Of a stretch of 64,000 bases of DNA, positions 39,856-52,932 are shown in pieces. Source of the DNA: Paramecium tetraurelia (taxonomy: Eukaryota); the NCBI GenBank assembly GCA_000165425.1, contig CT868274.1, positions 434,001-498,000 on the forward strand, given 5' to 3'. Under the pieces are notes generated by a model. It was given only the letters and a program-made list of their open reading frames with translations, was not told the DNA's origin and made no database searches. The position numbers and the translations under genes are program-made. Position 1 is the first letter of the stretch, and each line of letters begins with the position of its first letter.

Positions 39856-40311
39856 ATATCAATTGTATTTAAGTAGAATTAGTTAATTTAATTATTATGA
39901 AATGTTATGGTATTTATGAAATATTTTCTAATTGGAGGTCAATCGGCTGGAAATGACCTTTAAAATAAATATAAAATTTTGTGTAATAATTATTTTAAGG
40001 GGAAGATAATTTCAGATCATCTATAACAAAAGATAAACCAATAATATTGATTTTTGAGTTTAATAACCGATTCAAGATTATCCATATGTTTTTAATAAAT
40101 TAACTATATAAATATATTTTTAAAGGGAGAATTATAACAAATTATATAACATGTTTTTTTTTAAATTATTATTGATTATTTGCTCAAAATTTTCATAGAT
40201 TGATATTTCCCTTTTTTTTCTAAAAACACTTCTTTCTAAAATTTTATACCTATCGATCTGTTGATAAAACAATAGAGTTAAATTTTATATTATTATTTTT
40301 AATTTATAATA

Positions 40312-41995
40312 ATGATAGGAATATAATTATGTTGTTTATCAGAAGATTGCTTTCGAGTTTTAACGAATCAAGATAATTTGAATAATCACATAACTCATAG
40401 AATAGTTACTTCATAATAAATAATTGAAGCCTACAAAGTATCATATTCAATAATTATTGAATTAAGAGTAAAGCCTGTTAGAAGAATTATCAGATGGAGT
40501 GTATTTGGACTTTTTGGAAAAACAAAGTCATAAGCAGTCGAATTTGTAATAGTTCATCAAAACGCTGACCACTGAAATTTACGATTTTTAGTAAAATGTA
40601 ATTTAACAGACAAAATTATTAATCGATCATTTAAATTCCATCGATGTAGGCCAATTAGTCGATTAGGAAATTATTTAAAATTATTAAAACATTCTAAATA
40701 GATCGATAGATTGCAACGATGTTAATCAATTAATAAAAATTGTGTAACCTCAGCATTCTTTCAATGAAAAATAGTTAAAGGATGGCAACAATGACATCTA
40801 AGGATTCGGAACAAGTTTGAATATCAATATTCAAAATAAGATAAAGATTATGAAACCCAAGTGTTTCTATAAGGATATTTAGGAGAAATCTTAAATATAA
40901 GGAGAACGAATCAAATTCATCTAATCAAAACTTGAGGAATTAAATGTGGATTTCACATCTAAACTGAATCAATGGACGAAAACTGTAGAATCCTTATTTT
41001 CATTCTAATAAATTTCATAATTTACATTGATACCCTAAACTAAGTCTAAAGTCATTAAGTCACCAGCTGTAGCTAGAATAGAGTTGCATAACCTATGCAA
41101 AGTATCATAATATGATTTATCATTCAGGATACTTTAATTTACGCTCATTCAAATTAAATTCACCTTTTTGACATTGACACTATGAAAATGAGTCATTCAG
41201 TAAAATTTAATCACTCTATTATTGATTACACAGTAGACTCAGAGAAACTTCTAATTGCAATAATGATTGGCATAGATTTGTTACTCTACAATCTTATTTC
41301 TTTGAAAAAGATTAGACAATTCAAAATAACTATAGACACAAATAAAGGAGTTGCTTTGAAATTCTTTGAGGTATTTCATTTTAGATTTAGTATAGAATTA
41401 AATCTGTGTGAGCTCTGGGGTTTCCCTATAATTTTTCCCCATTTTCCCTTCTTCATCTATGCCACAATTTAATCAATCTCTAAATTTTCATTCCTACTGG
41501 GATAAAATTCAGGTCTTGGAGTATTGTGTTATAAATAAATTTGGAGTTTAAGAAATGCTTCTTGTCTTGGGGACTACAAGTGGATTAATTTCACTATTTA
41601 ATTCAAATTTCAAAGAATTGTTTTCAAAGCAGTTTCATCAAGGTCCAATTAATTAATTTAGATACCAATAATCAAAAAAATATGGTAAAGTTTTGTTGTC
41701 GGTTGGGGATGATTTAAGGGTGAATTTATATCAAATCGAGAATACTTTTCTCAAATGCATTTAAATGATAACATTTGAATCTCAAATTTTGGATGTGCTG
41801 TTATTCAAAAACTATTTTTTAGTCACAACTAAAAATTAAAATCTATTCGAAATTTATATGATCAATGAAAACACGGAATGTTAAAGAATTGAGATGGATG
41901 GAGATTTTGAATGTGATTGGAAGGACAGATTATTCAATATTGGTGAAAAAGTAGTTGTTGTAAAGAATTAAATTTACTTTTGTAAGCTTCTGTGA
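40312..41995 (+). CDS. Coiled-coil plus divergent WD40/beta-propeller protein
   Basis: Long code-6 frame with micro-introns, LVLGTTSGLISLF..FHQGPINQF..LLSVGDDLRVNLY. The 3' end is approximate. Confidence 0.6.
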
Positions 41996-42076
41996 ATCTT
42001 CTTTTAAAAAATGGATTATATATACTTTAAATCATTATTTTATATATTGCTATACATTTATTTTTAAAATTAGAAA

Positions 42077-43690
42077 ATGCCTAGAAAGAATCCAATTCAT
42101 AGATTGTTCTGCAGCTAAAATTGGACAATCAAATCATAAATTACACTATTCTCTATTCTTTATATTGCTTTCTGCATCTTGCTAACAACTACTCTGCTGA
42201 TGATTTTCTTGAATTTTTCAAAGGACTCTTTATCAGAGAGCACATTATCAATGGAGAGGTTAGAAACAACAAATTAAATGTCTCGGTATAATACTCTCCA
42301 AACTTAATCTTTCAATAGAGTTTTGAATTTTAGTTACTAGACATTATCTAATATTGACAAATTAAATCACTTTATTGAAATGCAGGGATAAAACAATTTT
42401 AACATAATTTAACCAACTAATTGCATTGATAATCCGTAGCTGTGGGATAAATATATATTTAATTGTAGTTTATGTTACAAATTCTGTAACAAAACTATGT
42501 AAATAGATGAGTCTGATTATTAATAGTACCTTTCATTAATTTCTCTGATTACTCAGACTCTCCCAATTTTGAATTTATATAGATAAACATTTTTCACTAG
42601 CACAGGCTTTGAATAATTCTTTACTGTTTTTAAAGGGGGAAATTACACCAAGTTTGTAGCCCATATAAGACCTTGGTATATAAACCATATGAATAGAACT
42701 AAGTATGAAAATCAAAGATTCTACCTCTCTGACTTATATTTGGATTGGATTAATAAATTAGCGGTCGCCTTTACAGTGAGTTTGACTAACTTAAAGGGGG
42801 AAATGATTGGAGTGATTGGATACGATTTAGCGTTTGATTTGCTTCCCTATTTTGTGGATTAAAGACTCAAAATGGAGATTGTCAATTCAACCGGCCATTT
42901 ATTAGTTAGTAGCTATTATGAGGAATTCAAGTATCCTACAGTCATTTATAATACTTCTCTAACAGGGTTTACAAAATATGATTGGCAGAAGATGAAATAG
43001 TTTGGAGACGATGAGAACTTAGGGAGAGGTACTTTGAGGGTTAAGAATCGCAAGACTATGGAATATAATGAGGTTTCAGTCTACAAACTGGTGTATCCTT
43101 AATTTTACATTATTATGTATTCATATGTATTAACTAGTTATTAAACAGATGATTAATTTATAAAGGATCAATAAGCAATTTTAGGTAATTTGGATAAGTT
43201 TGATGAAAGCATTTTATAGGGGACTATTTATTTTAGCTTAATAATTTTATTCTCAGTATTGTTGATTCAGTTCTTAATAATTAAGTATGTTTTAAGTCAT
43301 TTAGAATCATTAGTTCTAATCACAAAATAATAAATATTCTTAAAACAACGAATCAAGAACAAAAGTGTAGCAATTAATCCTGATAAGGATAACACCATAT
43401 CTAAATTATGTCGATCTTTCTTAAGATTAAATTAAAACTTAACCAACTTTAAATGGAAGAAATCTAAATTGTGCAGAACCATACAGAGAATCAATTACCC
43501 TAAGAAGAATTCTGGCATTGATTTCTCGATGTGTGAGAATTACAATAATAAAATCAAGGGTTTAACTCAGTAGTTAGAAAATTATGAGGACGACAATTTT
43601 GCAGGGTTCAGTCAAGATTTGTTTAAGAGACTCATATCCAGAAATAAGTATTTACATAAGTTATTTATATAAAAATATGGTACTCAGTGA
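42077..43690 (+). CDS. Two-TM membrane protein with Cache domain and HAMP-like linker (same family as 23573-25233)
   Basis: TM1 LFSILYIAFCILLTTTLLMIFL, HIRPWYINH, GEMIGVIGYDL, VIYNTSLTGFTKYDW, TM2. Intronless, 537 aa. Confidence 0.8.
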
Positions 43691-43744
43691 TTATTTTAAT
43701 TAATTTTACTTCATATATTCGTTTTTAATAATTAATAAAACAAA

Positions 43745-44897
43745 ATGAAAATAATCGTATTGATTGTGCTGCTGGGAGCAGCTCTGGCAAGAGACGAATA
43801 CTTCTTTGCTTAATTGAGAGATTCAGAATTCGGAAAAACAATTATATAGACATTACAAGTATAATTGTTACAAGAACATCCTGCTGACACAGTTGTGCAT
43901 CTCCTAAAGCAAATGAAGGATGATCTTCTCAATGAATAGAGAGCTGAAGATGAAGATGTGTAAGTGTCATTGTAGAGTTGCCAAACAGCATCCGAAGCAG
44001 CTGCTGCAGTCATAACAGTTGCCAAGGAAAGAAAAGCAACAGCAGAAGACAGATTGCCTCTATTGTAATAGGAACAAAATGACAAGAAATAACAATTGCT
44101 CGACAAACAAGGGGAAGAGTAAAGAAACTTGGATAGAATTAGTGTATTGCAAGAGGCTCGTAACGTGTAAAGAGTAAATTGAATATGTTAATCATTTTTA
44201 GGGTGAGTACGAACAAAGAAGAGACGAATTGGTAGGATTGATTTCAGCCTTACAAGAAGCCAAATAAATCTTATCTCAAGGAATCACTGCTTTGAAGAAG
44301 ACTAGCTTTGCTGAATTGAAGAGCCATCATTAAAGTTTCTTGAAATATTATCCTCACAAAAAGGGTTTCCATACTATGGTCAACATGTTATTGGAAGTAT
44401 TACAAGATGAGGGTACACAAGAAAGTGCAGCACAAAAGGTTGTTAAGATAATTGACACTCTTGTTGATAGCATCTTCCAAGTTTAAAAGGAAGAAATGAA
44501 GGCAGATGATGCAAGGGAATTAGACTTTTAAACCTAAAAAGAAAGATTACTTTTAGCAAACAGAAGACTGGCAGGAAGTATTGCAGATCTGAATGCTCGT
44601 TATGAAGTCTTGGGACAAAAGGTTTTGGAAGTCAGAAATGATGTTTCCACTTAAGATGCTGTAATTAATATCATATAATTATAGGTTATTAATAATAAAT
44701 AGACTGAAAAAGGAGATTGGGATCAAACTTGCAATGACACTGAGAAGGCTCATAGACAATAAACGGAAGGAAGGTAGTTAATTCAATTAATAATTTATAG
44801 AAATTCTTAGCTTGAGATTATTGTTGAATGCATTGATATCTTTGAGACAAGATTCGACATGGAAACTAAAAGCTATATTCAACGCATAAGATTCTGA
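43745..44897 (+). CDS. Trichocyst matrix protein / granule lattice (Grl)-like precursor
   Basis: Signal peptide, SEFGKTIIQTLQVQL, acidic coiled coils with single Cys residues, central basic KKTSFAEL region. Three introns. Confidence 0.8.
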
Positions 44898-44946
44898 AAA
44901 ATATTAATACCAATAAATAAAAACGGATTTTAATATATATAAATAT

Positions 44947-46198
44947 ATGAAAATTTCGATTTTATTGTCTCTACTAGTTTTAGGATGCCTGACAATGGAC
45001 TTCGATCAATAGATTGAAGAATTATAAAGCTCTAAGTTTGGATAAACGATCCTTCAGACTATTATGATGGAGCTACAAACTGAAGACCCAGTTGTGTCTA
45101 ATCTTATTAACATGGTGCAAGGGATCGAGAAAACTCTTGAAAACGAGTAGTAAAGAGATGACGATCGCATAGTTAGGATAAGATAGAATTGTGACATTGA
45201 TATCACAACCCTCAATAATCAAATTAATCAAAATACCATTGCTTCCTTGGGTCTCAAGAGTCAACTTGATTCCTTGAATCCACAGAAAGTTTAGGCTGTA
45301 GCTAGTTTGGAACGAAAAAATACTGAAATCACAGATCTCAAGGCTGAGTTGCAATATTAATCTCATAAGCGGGAAACTGAGACTTCAGCCTATGAGACTA
45401 TTTTAGACAATTTAGAATAAGCTTTATTCGGAGTTAACTAAGTGAAGGGATACTTCAATAGTTACTTAGATATTCTTGTCAAGAATAGAAAAAGATTTGA
45501 AAAGCCATCATTTTTGGAAGAATCATATAGTTTTAAATATGAGGAGTCCGAACAAGATGATTCTGAATCAAGATCATTAACCTCTTTAACCTAAGTTGCT
45601 TAAAAAGTCAATAAAATCAAACATCATGTATATCATATTACTAAATGTTAGGTGTAATTGGAGGGATATGCCACAATGCTCGAAATAATGAGTGAATTGG
45701 CTTCCAAAGCTGCAGACGAACCTTCTTAGGCTGAAGTCTTAACAAGAAAGGTTCTTTCAATTTTGAAACAAATTGAAAATTACATTCAATCCGAAAGAAT
45801 CCGAGAGGATCAAGCAGAAGCTCTCAGATCAAGTAATTTCGACCTTCTCAATACTCTGTTATCTGATCAACTTGTGTAAGCCAATCAAGACAAGACATAT
45901 ATGGAAGGTACAAAAGAGTTTGTTAATCTTAGGTTTGGTTGCCTCCTTGTCCACTAGAATTACCTAAGGAACAAACGAAAAATTTGAAGTGGATTAGAAG
46001 GTAGCAATAAAAACAAAGGAATTGGAAAATAGGAAGACTGATTGCAGACTTAAGAACAATGAATATGAAACTGATACTTAGAATAGGTATTTTAAATTAA
46101 TTTAATTTAGAATCAAATAGAAAAGAGTTGTTGTTGTGGCAGTTGATTTAATTTCATCCAAATTGGGCTAACTTAAGCGCAAATTGCTTGAAAATTGA
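44947..46198 (+). CDS. Second trichocyst matrix protein-like precursor
   Basis: Signal peptide, SKFGQTILQTIMMELQ, ENEQQRDD..QNC, central KNRKRFEKPSFLEE. Three introns. Confidence 0.8.
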
Positions 46199-46248
46199 AT
46201 TATTATAAAATAGTGACATAATTAATTAAGAATAAATTTTTTCTTATT

Positions 46249-48263
46249 ATGTAATCTCAAGATGAATACATCAGTTTGCCAAAAGTCAAATCTAACAAAA
46301 TCGATAATTAGGAAATAGATTTGCATTGGAAGAATCTTACAGTAACAATTAAAATGGTAGAATTCTTATATATATAATTACAGAAGGAATAATCAAGGAG
46401 ACCAAAAGTGACAGATCCTTTACTAGGATTAAATAATGAAAAAACAATTCTCAACAATGTCTCAGGATATGCAAAAGCTGGTCAAATGACTGCAATTATG
46501 GGACCATCCGGTGCTGGGAAGACAACTTTGGTCGCATTATTGAGCAAAAGATATAAACCTGGACCAAACACTACTATCAGTGGAGAAGTCTTAGCAAACA
46601 ACAATAAATACAAAAGATTCAATGATTTTGGTGCTTTTGTGATCTAGGATGATTTGTTGATGGCAACAATGACTGTAAAAGGTATTTAATTTTTGATGAT
46701 GTCAGAAACGTTGATGTTTGCAGCCAATATGAGATTGAAAGATGATTTAGCATAAAGAATGTCTAGAGTTGATTAGATAATCAAAGATTTGAATTTGAGA
46801 GCCTGTTAAAATACTTTGGTGGGAGATAACATCATCAAAGGCATTTCTGGAGGAGAGAAGAAAAGAACTTCCATCGGTATGGAATTAATTGGCGATCCAC
46901 CTGTTTTAATCCTAGATGAACCAACTTCAGGCTTAGATTCCTTTACTGCATTTATTTGTATGAATATTCTCAAGAAGATCACAATTAAGTATTAAATTTT
47001 AAGATTAAATTTAGTCAAAAAAGGACAGTAATTTTTACAATACATCAACCAAGTCTAGATATATGTCAATTATTTGATCGCATGATTATTTTAAATAATG
47101 GTTAAACAATCTATCAAGGAAATTATGGTTTTCTATTGGATTATTGTAGACAAATTAATTTGAATGTAGATATCCATTCAACTCCTTTAGATTCCATAAT
47201 GAATAATCTTAATGAAGCCTTTAATTAAGGAGATAATAAAGTCACTCATGCAAATTACAAAATATATCTAGAAGAAGATGTCCTGAAATTCCATTCTTAA
47301 TATCAAGGTTATCATAAAAGAAGAACTTAAACATCATTCTGTCAAGAAATGAAATTTCTCATGAAAAGATAATTCATTAATTATGTCAGAAGTCCTAATT
47401 TACTAAGAAGTAAAATATTTGGATCAGTCTTCATGTTGTTATTCTTGGGATGGCTATTTTGGATGGTGGGAAAAGATCAACCTCCCCAAGATGAAAATGT
47501 AAGCATTGATGACCTAAGCAAATACTTAAACAACATGAGAGGAGCTTGTTTTGTTTGTGGAACTTCAGCAATATTCTCTGCCCTAGGACCATTGTTAATG
47601 TTATGTATAGTATTCGTTCTATTTTAGTCCCCATTGAAAGAAACATTTTCTTAAAAGAAGAGAACTCTAAGATGTATCGAGTCTCTTCCTACTTCTTGAG
47701 TAAGGTTATGTTAGAAGTACCCATGAATGTTTTTATTTAAATCTTATTCTCAATAGCATTATATGCTGCTTTTGGATTTATTTGGGAACTTGAAAACGTT
47801 ATACTCTTTACTGTTATAAGTGTTTCCGTATCTTTAAGTGGCAACGGATTAGGAATGTATGAACATCAACATTATCAATAGATTTACTGGATGTTTATTT
47901 AAAGATGCCAAACAATCTGCTTCCTTAGGTCCAATACTCTTGATTCCACTTTAAGTATTTAGTGGACAGTATGCCAACTTGGCTTCTATTCCTAAATTTA
48001 TAAGCTGGGTCCAATACATCTCAGTATGATATCTGTCATATACTTAGCCATTTAAATATTTCTTAGAAGGATTCGGTAGAACATAATTAAATGATGCCAT
48101 GTTTCATTTGGATCCTTCAGGAGTTGAATTATCTCCATGGACATACTATGGAATGGATTTTGGAATGTGGAATTGTGCCATAGTTTTAATATCTATTGCT
48201 GTTATGTTTCATGTATTTGGTGGTATCTTTTTAAAACTCTTAGTCAATAAAATTAATGTTTGA
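46249..48263 (+). CDS. ABCG (White-family) half transporter
   Basis: Walker [16 protein letters not shown], signature [32 protein letters not shown]-terminal TM domain. Confidence 0.95.
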
Positions 48264-48366
48264 GTTATTTCATATTTAAATTTATCAATTTGGATATATT
48301 AAAGATTCTCATAAAGTTTATAGGGTAATGATTTTATTGCAATAATTATATTTATTTATATCATAA

Positions 48367-48852
48367 ATGAGTAATGCTTTCAAATCAGCTGGCAATAATC
48401 TAACCAAAGGGGATCTAGGATAAACTGGTTAAAGTTTTGCAGGATCACAAAACCCTGCCTCACTCAAAGGAAAATTGATGAGTTTAGAAGTATCCAAATT
48501 GTTTATCAAAGGAAACAATTAAAGGGATTCAAGATGAAATGAATTTCCATAAAAAAGAGGTCTAAATATTGAAATCTGAAAAAGATACTCTAGAATCCGT
48601 CTTGAGCATGAAAACATAAGATGTTAAAAAAACCCTCACAAATGAATTAATGAGAATTGAAGAAGAAATGAAAAGGTAGTATCATTTGATCATCATTTTA
48701 GACATTTTGCACATTAAAAGGCTGAAAATTCTAGATTGTAATAACAAATAACAGCATTAAAAGGTGAAAAAACTGCATTGTAACAATAATTGCTCGGATT
48801 ACAGAGAAGAATAGCAGAACTTGAATTACAAGTTGGTTAAGAATAAGCATGA
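48367..48852 (+). CDS. Small coiled-coil protein (about 145 aa)
   Basis: MSNAFKSAG...HFAHQKAENSRLQQQITALKGEKTALQQQLLGLQRRIAELELQVGQEQA*. Two introns. Confidence 0.8.
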
Positions 48853-48864
48853 TAATTATCATAT

Positions 48865-49735
48865 TCATATATATAAATGATCACATACATATGTTGTTTT
48901 TACATTTTCAGCTTATTCCTTGCTCGTAACACCTGTAGTTACTAAAATAGTATCTATTCCACAATTCCATCCAAACTCAATATCTGTTTCAGGATTGTCG
49001 CCAATCATGACCACTTTTGATTTATCATCAATTTTATTTTGTTTCATTATAACTTCCAGAGCTGTTGGTGAAGGCTTGCCTACCAGGAGGGATTTCTATC
49101 CTGTTGCTCTTTCCAAAATTGCTTATATGCATCCCCCTGCTGGCATCAATCGATTCTACACCTTAATATAGCTGTCAGGATTTGCTGCCACAAATTTACA
49201 TCCCTTTTAGATGCATAAGCTTGCATAACAAAGCATATAATAATTAAATTATGGATTGTGGCCTGAAACAACACAATCAATATCTTCGTCAGGTTGTATA
49301 CTATTAAATATGTCATACGTAACGTATTGATTGTCTTTAAACTCCTCAGAATCTCTTGTTTTAATTCCCAAGGCTGATAATTCCTCGGTTATTCCAGTCA
49401 CTCCTAAATTAAAGGCTTTTTTGTAATTATTCATTTTTAGGTACACTGCAGTTAAATATGAACTTGAATAGATATGCTCCAAGTCTGTTTTTATGTCTAT
49501 GTTTGATAATATTTCAAAATAAGACTATCTGCTTTTGGTTGAATTATTTGTCAAGAAATAAACTGATTTCCCTTATTCAATTAAATGCTTAACTCCATTA
49601 ACTCCGCTCTCGATGAATTATCCGCCTGTCCACTTATATATAATATGATATTGATACAATAACACCGTCCATATCAAAAATAAAATGGTCATATTTGTTA
49701 ATAATATCTGTCACAGATTTAATTTTAATTGACAT
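48865..49735 (-). CDS. HAD-superfamily IIA phosphatase (phosphoglycolate/4-nitrophenyl phosphatase)
   Basis: FIFDMDGVIW, FLTNNSTKSR, AANPD, VGKPS, MIGDNPETDIEFG, LVTTGV. Confidence 0.95.
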
Positions 49736-49756
49736 TATATAAAATAAAATTAATAA

Positions 49757-50522
49757 TCAATATTAAGATTGTTGAGATTTTTCCATATGCTTAATATTTG
49801 CATTAAAATTTTTTATTGAATTACATATTCCCACCCTATTGCTATTATCATCGTTTACTATTGATCTATCTATTCCTTCACTTTATAATTTCACTTTCCT
49901 ATTAGTATCTCTAAATAATTAAGGAGCACAATTCTTATGAACACTTTACTATAACTATTAGTAATTAGGCTAAGTATGTTGACTTGACTAAATTTACTAT
50001 GTTGATTCTTAATACTATTTTAATTCTCTCTAGCATTGACTAAGATAATTCCATAATTTACATTAATTTTTATTCTAATTTTAATTTCTCTGTAATTTAA
50101 TATTCTAATTATTGCTAAAATATTTCTTTATCTTTTTGCTATTCCTATTCTATTAATTATAGTAATTCTTTGTCGTTTTGTTCACACATATAAAACTCAA
50201 GATCTTCTTTTAATTATGAAATTTCTTATTCGTATTTTTGTTTTTGCTCAATCATGAGTTTTTAGAATTGATTTTAAAGATTTTCCATTTCAATTTAATG
50301 CTAAGCCTTTAATTCCCTAATTTAAAGCATGCACTCTTTCTTAAGTTAGAGCACTTATTATTTGCATTAACAAGATTGCTATTTATTTTTAAATAAATTT
50401 TCTTTTTCATTATCAGAAATAAATGATGATTAATCTTCTGATTCTCTTGTTTAATCCAATTCTCTCCTATTCTACTTTTGAAACATTTTAATAGATTGCC
50501 AAATTTCTTCTTTTTTCAGCAT
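49757..50522 (-). CDS. Coiled-coil hypothetical protein
   Basis: E/Q/K-rich code-6 frame starting MLKKEEIWQSIKMFQK. One probable intron, 3' end tentative. Confidence 0.55.
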
Positions 50523-50579
50523 TGTCTGTTATTTTTAATTTAATTAATTATACAAACAAAAATTTATTCATTAAACACT

Positions 50580-51882
50580 TTTTTATTATATTCTTCTTCT
50601 CCATTAGAATTGCTCTATTATATCCCTAATACACACTGAGATAGTCCATAATTAAAAGAACATTATTATAATCCTAAGGATTACATATTTATCAATAAAA
50701 AGGGAGCTTAGAAGGTGTTTTTATTTCAAAATAGTCATTATTTGATGTTACTCTTACAATATACATATTAATTGAGATTTTTTGGATATGTGTTTTATTA
50801 CGGCTAATAACAAAGCATTTCTCCTGAATTGATGTATGAATCAAAAGGCCATATATTTAGGAAATAGAATTTTTAAGTATTATTCTCTTAGATCACCTAC
50901 AATTTTTAAACCAAAAGAGTTTGTTATTTAAAAACCTTCCCAATAATATTTATTCATGAGTTCTACATAATTGACTTGTTTAACTAGAGTAACTCCTTCT
51001 TAGTACATGAAGACTAATTTAATAATTATTTCGATTTTTCTCTAAACATTTTGCTAAATCTGAATGATACTATTAGATAGCTTTAATATCTTCTTATAAG
51101 CATGAGTTGAAACATTCAATATTATATAAAGAAACTTATTTTATATTGAGTAATCATAGCCACTTTTTAATATTAATTTAAGTCTCAATTAAAAATAATA
51201 TGCTTGATTCCAAATACCTTTTACTATTTATTCACTTATTATGCATTCATATGTCAATTATCCTTGCAACTGTCCATTTGCAAATTCTCCGAATACACAT
51301 GGACCGTATATTTATTCCAATAGACCTTTCTATGAATTTTATCATTTCAAATGTGCCATTATAAATTTTCCAATATTATTTTTCTTATATCTTATCATTA
51401 GTTCTGTTTGTATAATATTCAACTCCATTTCCACTCTTCTTCCCTTATTTCCGCTCCCCCACATCTAAAAGGAGTCTTTCTTTGCTTATGGCTCCATTAC
51501 CAGGTATATTTCTTTGTAAATATTGTCCACAATACATTGTTCGATCCTCCAGATACGTAGTTATAATATTTTTAGCCAATTCAACATGATTACTCTTGAA
51601 TTGCTTTATTCCACAAATATTCAACCTTTGACCCTAGATCACTCTTGGGAAATGGAACTATTGCTTTGTAAATATCTTCTTGTTTTGTGGAGTCTTTTCC
51701 AGTAAAATTTCAGGAATTTATATTGGGACTATTTCTGATTCAGCAACAGATTAATCATATTATTTGAATTTAATTAGGCTTCTCGGCTCATTGCTCTCTT
51801 TTTCCTCAATTATACTTGGCTTCTTTCTATTAGGTTATTTAGAATTTGAAGTATTGCTGTTAAATGAAACAATATTATCCAT
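50580..51882 (-). pseudogene. Degenerate MORN-repeat gene with frameshifts
   Basis: MORN-like pieces (MYCGQYLQRNIPGNG, IYNGTFE, VFGEFANGQLQG) lie in different frames with no GT..AG micro-intron to join them, and there are TGAs downstream. Confidence 0.5.
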
Positions 51883-51893
51883 TTAATTATTTA

Positions 51894-52874
51894 ATGTTGA
51901 GATCTAAAGAGAGCAAAGAAGCTGAGATTTATGATTGTTTAAGTAGAGATGGTACGTCTAATCTTAAATACAAAAGACTCTATCATTATTAATGATATGG
52001 AAAATTTGGGTCCATGGCATAAATATGGAGGTAGCATACATTAAGAACTTTAAAGAATCTCCTCATTGTAATTATGCAAGTCAGTCTCTGAACATCACAC
52101 TGACAAGATCATAAATTCCACCAGGCATATTGCACAATTGCAATCAGGTAGAAGGCTATCATAAGAGAATATAAAGCAAACGTAATTTCCATTAGATGAC
52201 AAAATTATGAAATCAACATCAACCCACTATGAATAAAAAAGCAGAACACAACTAATGAAATAGCTCAGATCTCCTAAGCCCAAAGATAGTTCTCTAATCA
52301 CTACAAAATAGGAAGAAACCAAAACTATGAATATCAAAGCAGAGAAAACCAATGTGGGCTTCTTTGTTCAGTGTTATCCCAACAGAAATAAATTTGAGAG
52401 GTCCAAATTGTCAAATTTCTAAACCTCAAAGGAGTATTTCGAAGTAAGTTAATGTTTATTATTTAAGAGAAAATAGCATTGAAATTGATGTATGGTCTTA
52501 GCAGGGATTAAACTGTTGAGACAATCCAAACTGCAAATCCAAATCAATAATTTATTAAATAATAAGAATAGTAAGAAAGGAACTCTCAATCAAGAGTAGG
52601 TCCTTAAACAATAGGCAGAAATTATTTTTATAAAAAAGAACTCAAATTTCATAGCAACAATACATCTCAAATAAATCTAAACAAAACCATCAATAATTCC
52701 ATCAATTCCATTTTAAATCAGCCGTAAAACATTGCAAAATAGAGAATCCCATTTCATAAACTTATTAATAAAAAAACTGTTATTTCGTTTGCATCCCAAA
52801 ATTAATTATTGGAAAAATAGTATTAGCAATCTTAATAATAAAATAAAAAGATTTAAAGAATGGTTAGCAGTTGA
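51894..52874 (+). CDS. Hypothetical low-complexity protein
   Basis: MLRSKESKEAEIYDCLSRD...IQRMVSS*. Two micro-introns. Confidence 0.7.
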
Positions 52875-52932
52875 TCTATAATTGTATTAATATTTTTTGA
52901 TAGATTCCAATTTATTATTATATATTTATATA

